Shown: positions 48,587-60,314, counted from the stretch's first letter. The stretch is DNA of 64,000 nt from Promethearchaeia archaeon (GCA_029856145.1 JAHQWK010000019.1:32001-96000), one strand, 5' to 3'. Notes: generated from the letters alone by a model not told the origin. Numbers and translations: made by a program.

Positions 48587-49210
48587 TTATTTTTTGATGC
48601 CTAAAATTGCTCGATGTCTCTTTCTATCATTATAAATTTCTAATAAGTTGAAAGAACTATATACATCATGTATTTCCTCCATAGTAAAAAAATGATGTGG
48701 AAGTCCTTTTTCTTGCCCTGCTTGAGGGATGTACGTGCCTCTCTCAACCTCCTTTAACTTCCAATCATCTAATCCGCCTCTACCTTCTAATCTTGGGAAG
48801 GTTATAAAAATTACACCACCTTTTCTTAAAACTCTTTCAATTTCTCTTACTGTCATTAATATATCTTTCATTTTATTGTGGTGGATAACCTGAATCGAGA
48901 TAACAGCATCAAAAAAATTATCGGCGTAAGGAAATTTTGCCTCCATTCTATTTAGTTTTATCTTCACATTTAGATTTTCTTCTGCAAGCCATTCTTTAGC
49001 AATGGAAATCGCTTTAGGAGATGCGTCAAAACCATATATCTCAAAACCCTTTTTAGAAAAGAAAATAAGATGACGTCCGGTTCCAGACCCAACATCTAAT
49101 ATCTTCTGCACTCCCCTTTCTTCAAAGATTTTAACAATTTTCTCCATATCAGTATGGGGTTCAGTGAAGACTTTACCCTTTTCAGAAAAAATGTCATCCC
49201 AATCAGGCAT
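48587..49210 (-). CDS. Class I SAM-dependent methyltransferase
   Basis: ILDVGSGTGRH, GFDAS, FDAVIS, RVLRKGG. Confidence 0.9.
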   Translation of the reverse strand: MPDWDDIFSEKGKVFTEPHTDMEKIVKIFEERGVQKILDVGSGTGRHLIFFSKKGFEIYGFDASPKAISIAKEWLAEENLNVKIKLNRMEAKFPYADNFFDAVISIQVIHHNKMKDILMTVREIERVLRKGGVIFITFPRLEGRGGLDDWKLKEVERGTYIPQAGQEKGLPHHFFTMEEIHDVYSSFNLLEIYNDRKRHRAILGIKK

Positions 49211-49246
49211 AATAAAAGAAGAAATTTATTTTTAACAATGATATCA

Positions 49247-50209
49247 TTAATGATCACATTCATAAAAATAGTGACCATATTTCTCTTTAAACTCTTCTGC
49301 AACTTCATTAGTTTTTGGACGTATAAGTTCATATCCATCTTTAATAGTTTCATAGGTAACCGGTAACGGACCCAAAACTTCCCCATCAACTTGACATATA
49401 TATGGATCATCATCAAGATTTTTCATTTCAATCCTAACTTTCTTACTTTGATATTCATGAATATTAGGATGAGGTAAAAGAGATGCGCTATACATCTTTT
49501 TAAATTGAACTAAAAGCTTAAATTTTCCAATATCAGCTATACTAATGTCAAACAACCCATCATTAATTCTAGCTTTCTGACATATATACATTCCGCCTCC
49601 ATAAGCACCACTATTTCCTACTGCAACTAAATTTGCATAGCCTTCGTAAATCTCATTATCCATTTTTACAACTAATTCTCGAGATTTCCAACCAAAGAGT
49701 GTTTGGAATATGATTAAATTATAATTTTTTCCTCCTTTCACATTTGATCTCCTTGCTACTTCAGCATCAAAGCCTTGTGATCCAATCCCTAAGAAGTAAC
49801 GCTCAACACCTTCATCTGTCTTAGCAAAACCAATATCACATTTACTGGAGTTTCCTTCTGCGATAATTTCACACGCACGTCTTATATCAGCTCTAATTCC
49901 CACCGCGGCAGGAATGTCATTACCTGAGCCCATTGGTATGAATCCACATAAGGCACCTGTATTAGATGTTATGACTCCATGAAACACTTGATTCGCAGTA
50001 CCATCTCCTCCGGCAGCTATAACTTTATATCCATCTTTTGCCAGTTGCCTAGCTAATTCAATAGCATGACCATCGTACTCTGTTTCTACTGATTTATATG
50101 ATATATTGAAGTCCTCTAAACATTTGAACGCATATTCAAGATCTTCCTTAGCTTTTCCCTTTTTAGCAATAGGATTATAAATAATCGCGTAATCTTCTAT
50201 AATTTTCAA
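49247..50209 (-). CDS. Diacylglycerol/lipid kinase family (YegS/DgkB-like)
   Basis: IYNPIA, AAGGDGT, IPMGSGND, GFDA, YGGG, QVDGE. Confidence 0.92.
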   Translation of the reverse strand: MKIIEDYAIIYNPIAKKGKAKEDLEYAFKCLEDFNISYKSVETEYDGHAIELARQLAKDGYKVIAAGGDGTANQVFHGVITSNTGALCGFIPMGSGNDIPAAVGIRADIRRACEIIAEGNSSKCDIGFAKTDEGVERYFLGIGSQGFDAEVARRSNVKGGKNYNLIIFQTLFGWKSRELVVKMDNEIYEGYANLVAVGNSGAYGGGMYICQKARINDGLFDISIADIGKFKLLVQFKKMYSASLLPHPNIHEYQSKKVRIEMKNLDDDPYICQVDGEVLGPLPVTYETIKDGYELIRPKTNEVAEEFKEKYGHYFYECDH

Positions 50210-50316
50210 CTCAAATTATATAGATTATAATAAAAATATGACTATGATATCCTTTTAAATATCAAACTATTTAAAACTATTTTTGAGTGTCTTTTAGAAA
50301 AAGTAATTAAATCTCA

Positions 50317-51141
50317 TTATTTCCATTCAAATCCGCATTTACCACAATATTTCTTTTTTCCATAAATACGAGGATAATCCATTAAAATTAAGTTCTTATC
50401 CGTTACTTCATGAATTGACCCTTCATCTCCACAACTCGGACATTTCCTACGCCCAACGGATTTCTCAACTACTATGACACTATTATTAAATGAATCTGAA
50501 AGCGGTTTATCTTCGATAATATCTAAGACTGACTCTCTAATTTCTGTTGATGGTTCACTTTTAATTGAAGTTTCCGCTTTTTCTACCAAATAATCTTCAT
50601 TGATCATTATGATATATCCTTTAACTATTGAATGAAATTCATTTTCCTTTGGTAACCTATCAAATTTTTCTATGAAATTCTCTATAAACGTTTGAATATC
50701 GTTATTTTTGACAATAAATCCTTTTAATTCAATTGAACGTTTAATTTCTTGAATAATCTCCTCTTTTGAGGGCGTAGTTTTCTCAATTTTCTCAATATAT
50801 GTTGAGTTGGTTAATCTTTTTTCAAATTCTTTCCACAATTGTCTAACTTGAGCATCTGTTAGTTTCCCTTTAATTTGAATATAAACTCGTTTTTCTTGTT
50901 CTTGTAAAATAGTAATGCGATTGTCTTTCTGTTGTTCTTGATCAGTCTCGTTATCGAAAAAAGTTATTCTGAGCAAAGATCTTCCCAACCTTTTTGTATT
51001 AATTGAAAGAGATAAACTTTTTTCTAATATATTTTCCATAATTGTTTGAATTTCATTATAACTTTTGTCCCGTACGTCAAATGATTGACTTCTCTCTAAC
51101 ATTTTAAAGTTCTTAACCCTATTTACAATGCATTTATTCAA
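50317..51141 (-). CDS. Hypothetical protein with C-terminal zinc ribbon
   Basis: RRKCPSCG...YPRIYGKKKYCGKCGFEWK; start may be ATG 51102. Confidence 0.75.
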   Translation of the reverse strand: MNKCIVNRVKNFKMLERSQSFDVRDKSYNEIQTIMENILEKSLSLSINTKRLGRSLLRITFFDNETDQEQQKDNRITILQEQEKRVYIQIKGKLTDAQVRQLWKEFEKRLTNSTYIEKIEKTTPSKEEIIQEIKRSIELKGFIVKNNDIQTFIENFIEKFDRLPKENEFHSIVKGYIIMINEDYLVEKAETSIKSEPSTEIRESVLDIIEDKPLSDSFNNSVIVVEKSVGRRKCPSCGDEGSIHEVTDKNLILMDYPRIYGKKKYCGKCGFEWK

Positions 51142-51319
51142 TCAAATTGGATAATTTTATTCTAGACATTTTACTTTAAAATGTTAATCTTTTGATGCAA
51201 TTCAATATCATATTTAATGAATCGAAACTATCAATATCCTATCTGTGATTCATTATTTTAAGAAAATTTATATTGATATTTTGATTAAATTTGACCATAG
51301 AACAACTGATTTTTTTGTT

Positions 51320-52024
51320 ATGGAAAAAGAGATTCTAAAAACGGGTTCTAATAAGAAAAAATCGAAGGAAACGCAATCAACTTCAAAAAGAAAAATCATT
51401 ATCGCGGTTATATTGATAGTTTTTGCGTTTTCAGGATCATTTTTGATTTATTTTATCCTACAAATCTCTTTAAATACAAACACTCCTATGGTGGTAGTAG
51501 TTTCAGGCTCAATGGAACCAACCTTATTAAAAGGTGATTTATTATTCGTTCAAGGCAAAGACCCTGCCCAAATAAAAAATGGTACAATTGAAGGAAAGGA
51601 GGGTGATATAATTGTTTTTGATGCTTGGAACTTAGATGGTTGGATAGATCCCCCTCGTGATCCAATTGTCCATCGTGTTGTTGATAAATGGTATGATGGT
51701 GGTTGGTTTTTCCTCACTAAAGGTGATGCCAATCCAGTAGGTGATAATGTGCCTGTACCAGAGAATAGAGTCCTTGGAGTAGTAGTAGGAAGAATCCCCT
51801 TTATCGGATGGGTAAAAATTATTCTTGCAGATTCGGGATTATTAATTCCACTTTTAGTTATTGTATCCGCTTTACTTATTATAAGTATTATTTGGGATAT
51901 TGTGAAAAAGGATGATAATGGTAGAGATAAAAAGAAGGGAGAAAAAAAGCTAATCTATGATCCAAAAACGAAAGATGATGAATCAGTAAGAGAAATTGAA
52001 TTTGATTATACCAAAAATAATTAA
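51320..52024 (+). CDS. sec11: Signal peptidase I, archaeal/ER Sec11 type
   Basis: VVVSGSMEP.L..GDL, PIVHRV, TKGDAN, IPFIGW; likely start ATG 51320. Confidence 0.92.
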   Translation: MEKEILKTGSNKKKSKETQSTSKRKIIIAVILIVFAFSGSFLIYFILQISLNTNTPMVVVVSGSMEPTLLKGDLLFVQGKDPAQIKNGTIEGKEGDIIVFDAWNLDGWIDPPRDPIVHRVVDKWYDGGWFFLTKGDANPVGDNVPVPENRVLGVVVGRIPFIGWVKIILADSGLLIPLLVIVSALLIISIIWDIVKKDDNGRDKKKGEKKLIYDPKTKDDESVREIEFDYTKNN

Positions 52025-52156
52025 TTCAATTGATATTATTGCTAAGTAATTTTCTCCTTTATTCTAAAAGTAGAATATTTATAAAACTCTAAATCAAATA
52101 AATAAATACTAAATTTTATTTTAATAAAAAAACAAAAAAAAATTGGTGAATATAAT

Positions 52157-52375
52157 ATTTCGTGGACTCCTCCAACTAAAGTTACTGTTATTCTAACATT
52201 CTTGTTGATGGCTTTTGGGATATTTATCTTGCTTGATTTAACTAGCTTGATATGGCCTGGGTTTTTACCTTATTTTGAAATTGGAACATTACACGGGTGG
52301 CATATTATTTCACTGGTAGTACTTTTTCTCTCTTGGTTTCTCTTCTTTCTAGGTGTAAAATTAAAAGGTTTATAA
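52157..52375 (+). CDS. Small two-TM protein, tandem paralog of 52412-52642; probable ATT start (missed by ORF track)
   Basis: (I)SWTPPTKVTVILTFLLMAFGIFILLD...LSWFLFFLGVKLKGL* aligns end to end with MAWTPPSRVTVSLTFLLMAFGIFILLD...KLKGL*. Confidence 0.85.
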   Translation: MSWTPPTKVTVILTFLLMAFGIFILLDLTSLIWPGFLPYFEIGTLHGWHIISLVVLFLSWFLFFLGVKLKGL

Positions 52376-52411
52376 TTATAGTTTAATTAAAAATAAAAAG
52401 TTGATTAATTT

Positions 52412-52642
52412 ATGGCATGGACTCCTCCATCTAGAGTGACTGTGTCATTAACATTCCTGTTAATGGCTTTTGGGATATTTATCTTACTCGACCAATTTAC
52501 TATATTTTGGACTGGTACTCTCCTACCGATAATTCATCCTTTTAATTTAAGCTCTTACGTATCATGGTTGCTGATTGCCATGATAGTATTCTTTTTCTCT
52601 TGGTTGCTATTTTACCTCGCTATAAAATTGAAAGGTTTATGA
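52412..52642 (+). CDS. Small two-TM membrane protein
   Basis: 76 aa, two TMs, paralog immediately upstream. Confidence 0.85.
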   Translation: MAWTPPSRVTVSLTFLLMAFGIFILLDQFTIFWTGTLLPIIHPFNLSSYVSWLLIAMIVFFFSWLLFYLAIKLKGL

Positions 52643-52897
52643 AATAATAAATTTAAATCTCTTTTTTTTCTTAATTTTATTTGGAAATGTCCCTCTTTAG
52701 TTAACTTCTGTTAGAAAATCAAAAATTCTTATTAATCTGACAATAAAATTTAAAACATTTCTAAAATTTCAAGAAAATGTTATTACGTAATTTAAAATCA
52801 AAAATACGATAAAACTACAAAACGTAATACGCAAACGCAAATTAACTAGAAAGTAAAGAAATACAATTAAAAATTAAATACAAAAGAGGAAATTAAA

Positions 52898-53182
52898 ATG
52901 TCAAAAGAAAAAGAAACAAATTCTGTTTTCGTTGGCCGCCGTCCAACAATGAACTATGTGATGGCCACTATGATGATCCTTAATAAAGGTGAGGATTGTA
53001 CTGTAAAAGCTAGAGGTAGAGCTATCTCCCATGCTGTCGATGTTTGTGAGATTTTGAGAAATAGATTCTTAAAGGGTACAGAATATAAAGACATCTTATT
53101 AAGCACAGAACAATTAGAAGGAGAAGACGGACAGAGTAACAACGTTTCAAGCATTGAAATTATACTTGCGCCTCCAAAATAA
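52898..53182 (+). CDS. albA: DNA/RNA-binding protein Alba
   Basis: VFVG..P.MNYV.A, VKARGRAIS.AVDV.EI.RNRF, NVSSIEI. Confidence 0.95.
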   Translation: MSKEKETNSVFVGRRPTMNYVMATMMILNKGEDCTVKARGRAISHAVDVCEILRNRFLKGTEYKDILLSTEQLEGEDGQSNNVSSIEIILAPPK

Positions 53183-53225
53183 ACAGTGAAATTAACTATA
53201 ATTCGCTGAAACAAATAATGTAATC

Positions 53226-53238
53226 TTTATTTTTTTTT
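53226..53238 (+). terminator. Oligo-T terminator after alba
   Basis: TTTATTTTTTTTT about 45 nt after the stop codon. Confidence 0.45.
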
Positions 53239-53592
53239 ATTATTCTATTTATATGATAGAAAATTTCGGTTTTACCTTTGATTTAAATAAAGCATTAAAA
53301 TTACTAAAAGCAACAAATGATTTTTTGTTTGTGAAAGAAGAAAAGAAAGATATATATTAATACGTTATTATATTGAAAGATATTCTCTTGTTAATAAATC
53401 TCATTATAATTAGTAGTAGTTAGATTTTAGTCAATTTTGTTGAACTATAAAGGAAATTACTAATTTTTTGGTAAAATCACAAAGTTTTATTAATACAGTT
53501 AGAAAATTAATAATTAACAAAAAATAAATTGTTTTAATTTTAAATCCAATTTTAAATAAACTATTAAAAAATTCAAAAAGAGGAAGATAAAA

Positions 53593-53787
53593 ATGGCTAA
53601 AAAGGGAGTAGAACCTTTGTATGTAAAATCTAAAGTAAGGGAATATATTAAGGGTAAAGATTGTAATACTAGCAGTGGCGTTCTTGATGGGGAAACTTTA
53701 AATAAACTCATAATGGAAATGCTTGATAATGCTGTAAGACGAGCAAAAGGTAATAATAGAAAAACAGTAAAGGCAAGAGATTTATAA
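53593..53787 (+). CDS. Short histone-fold protein with truncated alpha3 helix
   Basis: 64 aa; KSKVREYIK...NTS...L...I..ML..AV.RAK.N.RKTVKARDL ending right after the RKTV..RD motif. Confidence 0.85.
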   Translation: MAKKGVEPLYVKSKVREYIKGKDCNTSSGVLDGETLNKLIMEMLDNAVRRAKGNNRKTVKARDL

Positions 53788-54127
53788 ATCCACTTGCTCA
53801 AAAATATTCTTTTTTTTTATATTCTATTTCATAATGAGAGCATTATTTTTTAAATAATAACTGAAGGTTTTTCATACTTAGCTCGGCTGATTCCAGTAGA
53901 TAAATCCTTCTCGACAATTATTTTAGACGTAGATATATCTGGTAGATACTACTAATATTTCATTATTTTTTATAAGTACTCGAAATAAAATAAGAACAGG
54001 AGATATTTAAATCTCAAGTAATTGATATTTTTTCATCCTTAACTCAAATCCCTCTCTCCCTCCTTCCAAGTTTAAGATAGCATTATGAATATGCTCATTT
54101 TCAAAAAAATTTTCATCTTCTGAGATT

Positions 54128-56242
54128 TTATACTGTTTCTCTCTTTACTTTTGTGACATGGTTTTCTTTTTTAAAATTAAAAATATCTGTTACAAATGAA
54201 TCGAGATTTCTATCGTGAGAAATGATAATCATCTGAGCTGTATTGAGTTTTTCAAAAATATCTTGCATTCTATTTATTTGTTCTTGACTAAAACCGTCTG
54301 TGGGTTCATCTAAAATTAATAAATCTTTGGTTTTTATTTCCTGATGTCTTTCATTGATAATTTTATTCAAAGCAAGTCTATAAGCTAATGATAAAGCACT
54401 TTTTTCTCCACCAGATAAATCGTTGAATGGTGTATCATATCCATTGACTATAATTTCAGGTTCAAAATCATCCATTCTAATATTTACTTCAATGTTTTCC
54501 TCCTCAACTAATGTTCTAAACCATTCTTTAAAATATTTATTGAAATGTTGAGCGCTGGTTGAGATTATTTCTCTTTCAATATCTCTGATAAGAATTTGAA
54601 ATTCTTCAGTAATCCATTTTTTTAGGCTAGTTACATATTCACTTTTTTTTTCTAAAATTTTTTTTTTTCTAAGATTATTCTCTAACTTATTTAATTCTCT
54701 TTCTATTAAATTCAAATTAGCTTGTTTAGTATTAAGTTCCTTTTCAAAACCTGATTTTTCTTCTTTTAACTTTTTTATTAAATTCTTTTGATTAGTTAAT
54801 TTTAACTTTAATTTATTTTCAAATTCCTTGAAACTTTTAAAATCTTTAATTTCATAATTTTTTAGAATAAACATAATTTGATTTTGATTATTCTTTATTT
54901 TTTCATTTAATTGAGTAATCAAATCCTTTAATTCAATTCCTCTCTTTTTCTTTTCTTCAACTAACTTATTTAAAGCATCTTTTTTTGTTTGGATCATATT
55001 ATAATCCCTTAAATTCTTTAGATCTGCTTCAGCTTTAGAAATTGCTGAAATTAATTTTTTAATTTCTTTTGATAATTGTTCTATTTCATCATTTGTGTTT
55101 TTAAGTTCAGAATTAAACCGCTTTTTTTCATGCAATTCTTGCCCGCATAAGGAACACTTCCCTTCTTTTAAAAGCTTATTTATATTTTCAATTTTATCAT
55201 CTAATACAGCTTTGAGCTTAACTTTCTTTAATTTAATCTTTCGATTTTTATCTATTTGTTCTTCAAGTTGTTTTTCCGTTAAATCACTTTTAAGTTCGGT
55301 TTTAGGTAAATCTTTGATTTTCTTTAATGAATTTGAAATATCTATTACTAAAGACTCCAAAGATGTTTCATTCTTCTTTTTAGATACATTTGACTCATCT
55401 ACAATTGTTAGAGAATTTTCAATTTTAACTAATTTTTTTGAATATTCACTTAATTCAGACTGAATTCTGTCAACTTTTATTTCTTCTTTTTCTATTTCTT
55501 TTTCCTTTTCTCGTTTATTTTTTTCTATTATTTCAATAATTTCATTTTGTTCCTCTATTTCTTTTTCCTTTTTAGGGATGAATTCTTCGGGTTTTCCAAT
55601 AGTATTAAGCTGGATTTTAATTTTTTTTTTCTTATTTTTTAAAAATTCATTTAAGACTCCAACATTCTTTAGAGCAATCTCATATTTTTCTATACCAAAA
55701 ACTTCTTTTAAAATTTCAAATCGCTCATCTGGTTTTGCTTGTAATATCTCTTTCACTTGTTCTTGCGGAGTATATACAGTATATCGAAATAGAGGAATTT
55801 TTTGTGCCTTTTCATATCGAGTTATTGAATAATTTAAAATTTCTAGGATTTTTTTTCTTAAATCTGTAGGAGCATATGATGTCTCTACTGATTCATTTCC
55901 TAAATGCTCTATAAATGATCCAGTTTCTTGTGAAACAATAACTCTCTTTTTTCCTGCTTCTTTTCTCCTAGTTCTTTTCAATCCACGCTTGATTGTATAT
56001 CTCTTTCCATTAATTGAGAATGTTAATTCAACAAACCCTTTATTTTCACCTCTTCTTAAAAGTGAATCTCCACTTAAATCTGCTGCAGTTAAAGTACCAA
56101 ATAAGCAGAATTCTATTGCCTTTAAGACTGAGGACTTACCGCTTCCAATATCTCCAAAAAAGAGAATTATTGAGGGAGGGAACTTAATTTCTAAATCTAT
56201 AATGCTTCTAATATTTTTTATTTTCACAGATTCAATAATCAT
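54128..56242 (-). CDS. rad50: Rad50 ATPase
   Basis: KNIRS, GDIGSGKSS Walker A, Q-loop YTPQ, CSLC zinc hook, LSGGE, LILDEPTDG, IISH. Confidence 0.92.
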   Translation of the reverse strand: MIIESVKIKNIRSIIDLEIKFPPSIILFFGDIGSGKSSVLKAIEFCLFGTLTAADLSGDSLLRRGENKGFVELTFSINGKRYTIKRGLKRTRRKEAGKKRVIVSQETGSFIEHLGNESVETSYAPTDLRKKILEILNYSITRYEKAQKIPLFRYTVYTPQEQVKEILQAKPDERFEILKEVFGIEKYEIALKNVGVLNEFLKNKKKKIKIQLNTIGKPEEFIPKKEKEIEEQNEIIEIIEKNKREKEKEIEKEEIKVDRIQSELSEYSKKLVKIENSLTIVDESNVSKKKNETSLESLVIDISNSLKKIKDLPKTELKSDLTEKQLEEQIDKNRKIKLKKVKLKAVLDDKIENINKLLKEGKCSLCGQELHEKKRFNSELKNTNDEIEQLSKEIKKLISAISKAEADLKNLRDYNMIQTKKDALNKLVEEKKKRGIELKDLITQLNEKIKNNQNQIMFILKNYEIKDFKSFKEFENKLKLKLTNQKNLIKKLKEEKSGFEKELNTKQANLNLIERELNKLENNLRKKKILEKKSEYVTSLKKWITEEFQILIRDIEREIISTSAQHFNKYFKEWFRTLVEEENIEVNIRMDDFEPEIIVNGYDTPFNDLSGGEKSALSLAYRLALNKIINERHQEIKTKDLLILDEPTDGFSQEQINRMQDIFEKLNTAQMIIISHDRNLDSFVTDIFNFKKENHVTKVKRETV

Positions 56243-56252
56243 TTTATAATGC

Positions 56253-57542
56253 TCATTCTTCTTCTAATTGAAAGATTTTTTTGAAATTATTAACTAATTC
56301 TTTATCATATTCTTTTACTTTTGTTCCCTCTTCTCTTTCTTTACCTATGACTGATAATAAATCGTGAATCTTATTCTCAACGTTTTTTTTATCGATATTA
56401 TTAATTTTTATTTTCTGTGCATGTTCATAAATAAGAGTGTTTTCAATTTCTTCATTTGTTTTTCCAACCACAACACTAATAGGAGTATATTCTTTTGAAG
56501 TAAGACTCGATTTATTTACTAATACTTCATAAGCCCCTTTTTCTTGTATTTTTTGAATAATTTCATTCGTTTTTAATTCATAAGTTCTCCCAGAAGATAA
56601 AGTCCCATATATTCTGATAGTGACTGTTTTATCATCAAAATTAGTTTCATTAATTTTTTCTTTTAATAAATCTTGAACTTGGGTTATTGATTTATTATTG
56701 CAATCAATAAGTAATGAAATAACTTCCTTTACTTTAATTGGAATATATCTAACATTTAAATTCGATATTTGAGATTCTTTATCAATATCACCAGATATTA
56801 TGCAAAATCCACCAAACTTATATTGTTCAAGTTCACGAAAATTTACTGGTGCAAGAGAACCAGGATATACTATCTTAGTCTTGTCATCAATCTTAAAAGA
56901 TCTTTCATCTTTTCTTAATTTTTCAGGAACTGTTTTATGAAGATGCCCACCAGCATAATATTCAAATCCTTGGGGTAATAGGGATTTAGGAGTAGATTCC
57001 ATATCTTTAAATTCTTTAGGTTTCAATTCATATAACATAGTATGAAATATGAATATCTTTGGACCTTTTTCATCTTCTAGAGATTTTCTATCTAAAATAT
57101 GATATTCCTCAATTTCTAAACCACGTTTTCTAGCTCTTAAACCTGTTAATTTAATTTTGGTTTTTGGATCTATGTAAAAATTTAATTTTATTTTATTTTC
57201 TTCTGTTAACTCCGCGTTCCATACATCTTTAAATAATCCTGCTGAAATAAGTGGTCTAATCATTGATTTTTCTGAAGGGGAAAAGTCATGAGAACCCATT
57301 ATTCCATACACAGGGATTTCATGATCCTTCAACTTCTTTAATTCTCTTGTCGCTAAATCTATGACTTCTACTTTTGGATTACTGACATCGTATAAGTCGC
57401 CACTTATTATAACAAAATCAACTTCTTCATTAACAATAGTATTCACTGCTATTTTGAAAGCTTTATACCCTAACTCATTTAAACGTTCATTACGCCAGGC
57501 TCCTAAGTGAACATCAGAAATATGGGCAAATTTAACTTTCAT
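56253..57542 (-). CDS. mre11: Mre11 nuclease
   Basis: HISDVHLG, SGDLYD, GSHD, FH, YYAGGHLH, YPGS. Confidence 0.93.
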   Translation of the reverse strand: MKVKFAHISDVHLGAWRNERLNELGYKAFKIAVNTIVNEEVDFVIISGDLYDVSNPKVEVIDLATRELKKLKDHEIPVYGIMGSHDFSPSEKSMIRPLISAGLFKDVWNAELTEENKIKLNFYIDPKTKIKLTGLRARKRGLEIEEYHILDRKSLEDEKGPKIFIFHTMLYELKPKEFKDMESTPKSLLPQGFEYYAGGHLHKTVPEKLRKDERSFKIDDKTKIVYPGSLAPVNFRELEQYKFGGFCIISGDIDKESQISNLNVRYIPIKVKEVISLLIDCNNKSITQVQDLLKEKINETNFDDKTVTIRIYGTLSSGRTYELKTNEIIQKIQEKGAYEVLVNKSSLTSKEYTPISVVVGKTNEEIENTLIYEHAQKIKINNIDKKNVENKIHDLLSVIGKEREEGTKVKEYDKELVNNFKKIFQLEEE

Positions 57543-57565
57543 TTTTGAAATCTTTCTAACATTTT

Positions 57566-59146
57566 TTATTTTATTCCTGGAAAGGCTTTTCTAATTTTTA
57601 TATTGGATTTAGTTTCATCGTTTTTTCCTTCTAATAAATCCTCAAACTTTGGTATCTTAATTGGAATAGCAAATTTTGTAAAATTAGATGTGACTATAGC
57701 TTCACCAATATCTAAACTTGCAATTGTTTGACTATCATCTGATAGATCTTGAGCTGAACTTTCAATTAGGGTCCTTCTTTCTGGACCCATTTCATTTCCA
57801 AGGATAATTTTGGTATTCATATTTGCTAAAATTTCTCTCTCTATTAAACTTGGTAATTGTGTTATTCCTATTAATCCTATATTGAATTTCCTCCCCTCTC
57901 TTGCGATTTTTCCAAATACATTATCTCTTGTTTCGAGTACTTTTTTTCCTATAACTCTAGGCGCCTCTTCTAAAACAATAGCAATAACAGGCTTATCTTC
58001 TAATTCATCTCTGAATTTAAGGTATTTATATTGATCAAATATATTGTCTACTATAATTGTTGCAACAAATATTTCTTCTGCTCCCTCAAATAAAGAAGTA
58101 TCAACAATAACAGTTCTCCCTTCCATTAATGAGTTCTTAATATTATTTATTATTGATTCATATCCATTTAATGTATAGATACCATTTTCAATTATATTAT
58201 TCTCATCATCAAAACCAAAATGTAATAAAATTGATAATCTTCTTCTCAGAACATCTAAAGTACTCTCATGAAGTCCCTGAGGGCGTGGATAAGCAATTAT
58301 ATCATCGCTAAAAATTGCTTGAATCCAATTTTGTCTATGTAATCGATAAAAACCTATTAAAGCATCTAATTGAGGTGGTGTGAAGCTAAGAGTTCCTATA
58401 GCATGCATTGGTTCTATTAACTTCACATTTAATTTTAAGTCAAGTTTCCCAGGAATGGATCTTATAGAATAATATTCAATATATTTGGAACTTTCAGGAT
58501 GTTCCTTTAATCCTTTTTGCGTCGCAGTACCGTAATATTCATTGTGAGGATCAAACACTAATTTTCCACAATTATCGTTTTCCATTAAATTATACAGAAT
58601 TGTTTTAACTAAATTTGATTTACCTCTACCTGTAGTTGCTGGAATTAGAATATGGTGTCTAATTACCTTTGTTGCTTCAAGAATCACTTCTGTTCTTAAA
58701 ACTTTAGACCCCGAGCGAATATTACCTAAATTTAAAGGATTTTGGATTTTTTCTTCTTTAAAAAATTCTAAATGAGTATCATCAATATCAAATATATCTG
58801 AGAAAAATGTAGGTAATTTCTTTGGCAAGAAAAGTTTATTATCCTTGACGAATATTAAAGGTCTCGCTAGAGCTAACACATAGTTACGTAATTCAGATTC
58901 ATATATTTTTAAATCAGACTTTTCTCTTTCTAAACCATACCCTGCCATTAATTCAAGAACCTTATCTGGAATCTGACTTCCATAAAATAGATCCTTTATT
59001 TGAAAAATGCTATACTCATTTCTATCTTTACCAGCAATAAAAAGCTGTCCTAACTCAAATTCCTGATCTGATTTCTGCCTTAATATTAATTTAACCAAAG
59101 AACTACCGGTAACAAAACTGCCAATTTTTTTTCCTAAATCTACCAT
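57566..59146 (-). CDS. herA: HerA helicase/translocase
   Basis: [42 protein letters not shown]. Confidence 0.9.
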   Translation of the reverse strand: MVDLGKKIGSFVTGSSLVKLILRQKSDQEFELGQLFIAGKDRNEYSIFQIKDLFYGSQIPDKVLELMAGYGLEREKSDLKIYESELRNYVLALARPLIFVKDNKLFLPKKLPTFFSDIFDIDDTHLEFFKEEKIQNPLNLGNIRSGSKVLRTEVILEATKVIRHHILIPATTGRGKSNLVKTILYNLMENDNCGKLVFDPHNEYYGTATQKGLKEHPESSKYIEYYSIRSIPGKLDLKLNVKLIEPMHAIGTLSFTPPQLDALIGFYRLHRQNWIQAIFSDDIIAYPRPQGLHESTLDVLRRRLSILLHFGFDDENNIIENGIYTLNGYESIINNIKNSLMEGRTVIVDTSLFEGAEEIFVATIIVDNIFDQYKYLKFRDELEDKPVIAIVLEEAPRVIGKKVLETRDNVFGKIAREGRKFNIGLIGITQLPSLIEREILANMNTKIILGNEMGPERRTLIESSAQDLSDDSQTIASLDIGEAIVTSNFTKFAIPIKIPKFEDLLEGKNDETKSNIKIRKAFPGIK

Positions 59147-59156
59147 ACTTTTCCAC

Positions 59157-60314
59157 TTATCTTCTTATTATATTTAATAAATCATGTGCGTTCACGGAAC
59201 GTAAACGAGGTAAGATATATTTTTTATAATCCTCTTCATCAAATTCTGCAATTAATTGAATTTTTTGAGGTTCTAATTCTTTAATACTCACTGCTGCAAG
59301 TTGATCTGCTTTTATAAGACCATAGGGATATCCTGGATATGATAAATCATTAGAATTATTTGCTATATTAGAAATAACTATTTCACACTGATCTTCAGAC
59401 ATCTCTTTTGCTTGATCCAGTAAAATATCGAATCTAAATGAATATACTGAATTTTTATTTAGTTTTACGAAATATAAATCTGCTTTTTCTTGAGCTTTTG
59501 TAATTCTATAGATAGGATGATAATACCACGCGCTACTTGGAAATTTTTTATTTCCTACATAGTTTATTAAAGAATTTAATGAATTTCCATTTTGTGTAAT
59601 TAATCGACAAGTTTTAGAAAGTCCAGATACGACTACTCCTTTTTTAATTGCTGTATTATACAATTTTTCTGCTAATATCGTTTCTCCAGTATACCCTGTT
59701 TGAAGTGAACCATCTCTGACAAAAATACTCCCTTCATCTAATTCATTTAAAATAAATTTATTTGCGTAAGTCCATTCAGCAAATCTCATTGCGATGCCTC
59801 CAAAAACTTCAATATTTGGCAGGCTGAACCATCTCTCTCTAATAGTAGGATCATTAATTGAAAATTTTAAATCATCTTTAGGGAGATATTCTCTAAATTC
59901 TGATTCTAAAGGAAAGAAGCGTGTAATATAACCTAAAGTATCATCATCAAAAATATCTAATACTGTTACGCTATAAAACTCAATTTTAACTGGTGTTTTT
60001 TTTAATTGAGTCCACTTATTAGTAGTAAATAAAACCCCTGAAACCCTATTTAAACTTACATTGAAATCTGCACTTCTGATTATCGGACCATTTCCTCCAT
60101 CAACAAACCCAATACTCTTAACAAAATTACATTTTGGAATTTCAAAAATTTTATCTTCATAAATCTCAAATGCTTCTTCTTCTGAACTAGAAATGAATGG
60201 TTTGTCTTCTTTAGGATATCCCAATTTATGATTCTCTATGAATTTTACACATTCCTTCAATGGATTTTTTCTTTTTTCAGCACTCATCTTATTAAAAAGA
60301 TGCTTATTTTTCAT
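59157..60314 (-). CDS. nurA: NurA nuclease
   Basis: [25 protein letters not shown]; in operon with herA-mre11-rad50. Confidence 0.88.
   Translation of the reverse strand: MKNKHLFNKMSAEKRKNPLKECVKFIENHKLGYPKEDKPFISSSEEEAFEIYEDKIFEIPKCNFVKSIGFVDGGNGPIIRSADFNVSLNRVSGVLFTTNKWTQLKKTPVKIEFYSVTVLDIFDDDTLGYITRFFPLESEFREYLPKDDLKFSINDPTIRERWFSLPNIEVFGGIAMRFAEWTYANKFILNELDEGSIFVRDGSLQTGYTGETILAEKLYNTAIKKGVVVSGLSKTCRLITQNGNSLNSLINYVGNKKFPSSAWYYHPIYRITKAQEKADLYFVKLNKNSVYSFRFDILLDQAKEMSEDQCEIVISNIANNSNDLSYPGYPYGLIKADQLAAVSIKELEPQKIQLIAEFDEEDYKKYILPRLRSVNAHDLLNIIRR

Noticed and set aside
53253-53360. 35-codon ORF MIENFGFTFDLNKALKLLKATNDFLFVKEEKKDIY between alba and histone
   Set aside because: No SD or recognisable family; could be a remnant but cannot be supported
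53830-54125. Coding-like composition downstream of rad50
   Set aside because: No sustained open frame or recognisable motif on either strand
646-58034. Numerous 60-130 aa ORFs antisense to or nested in longer genes (e.g. 646-855, 4534-4782, 12076-12474, 34643-35038, 55095-55463)
   Set aside because: Shadow ORFs of well-supported genes with no recognisable motifs
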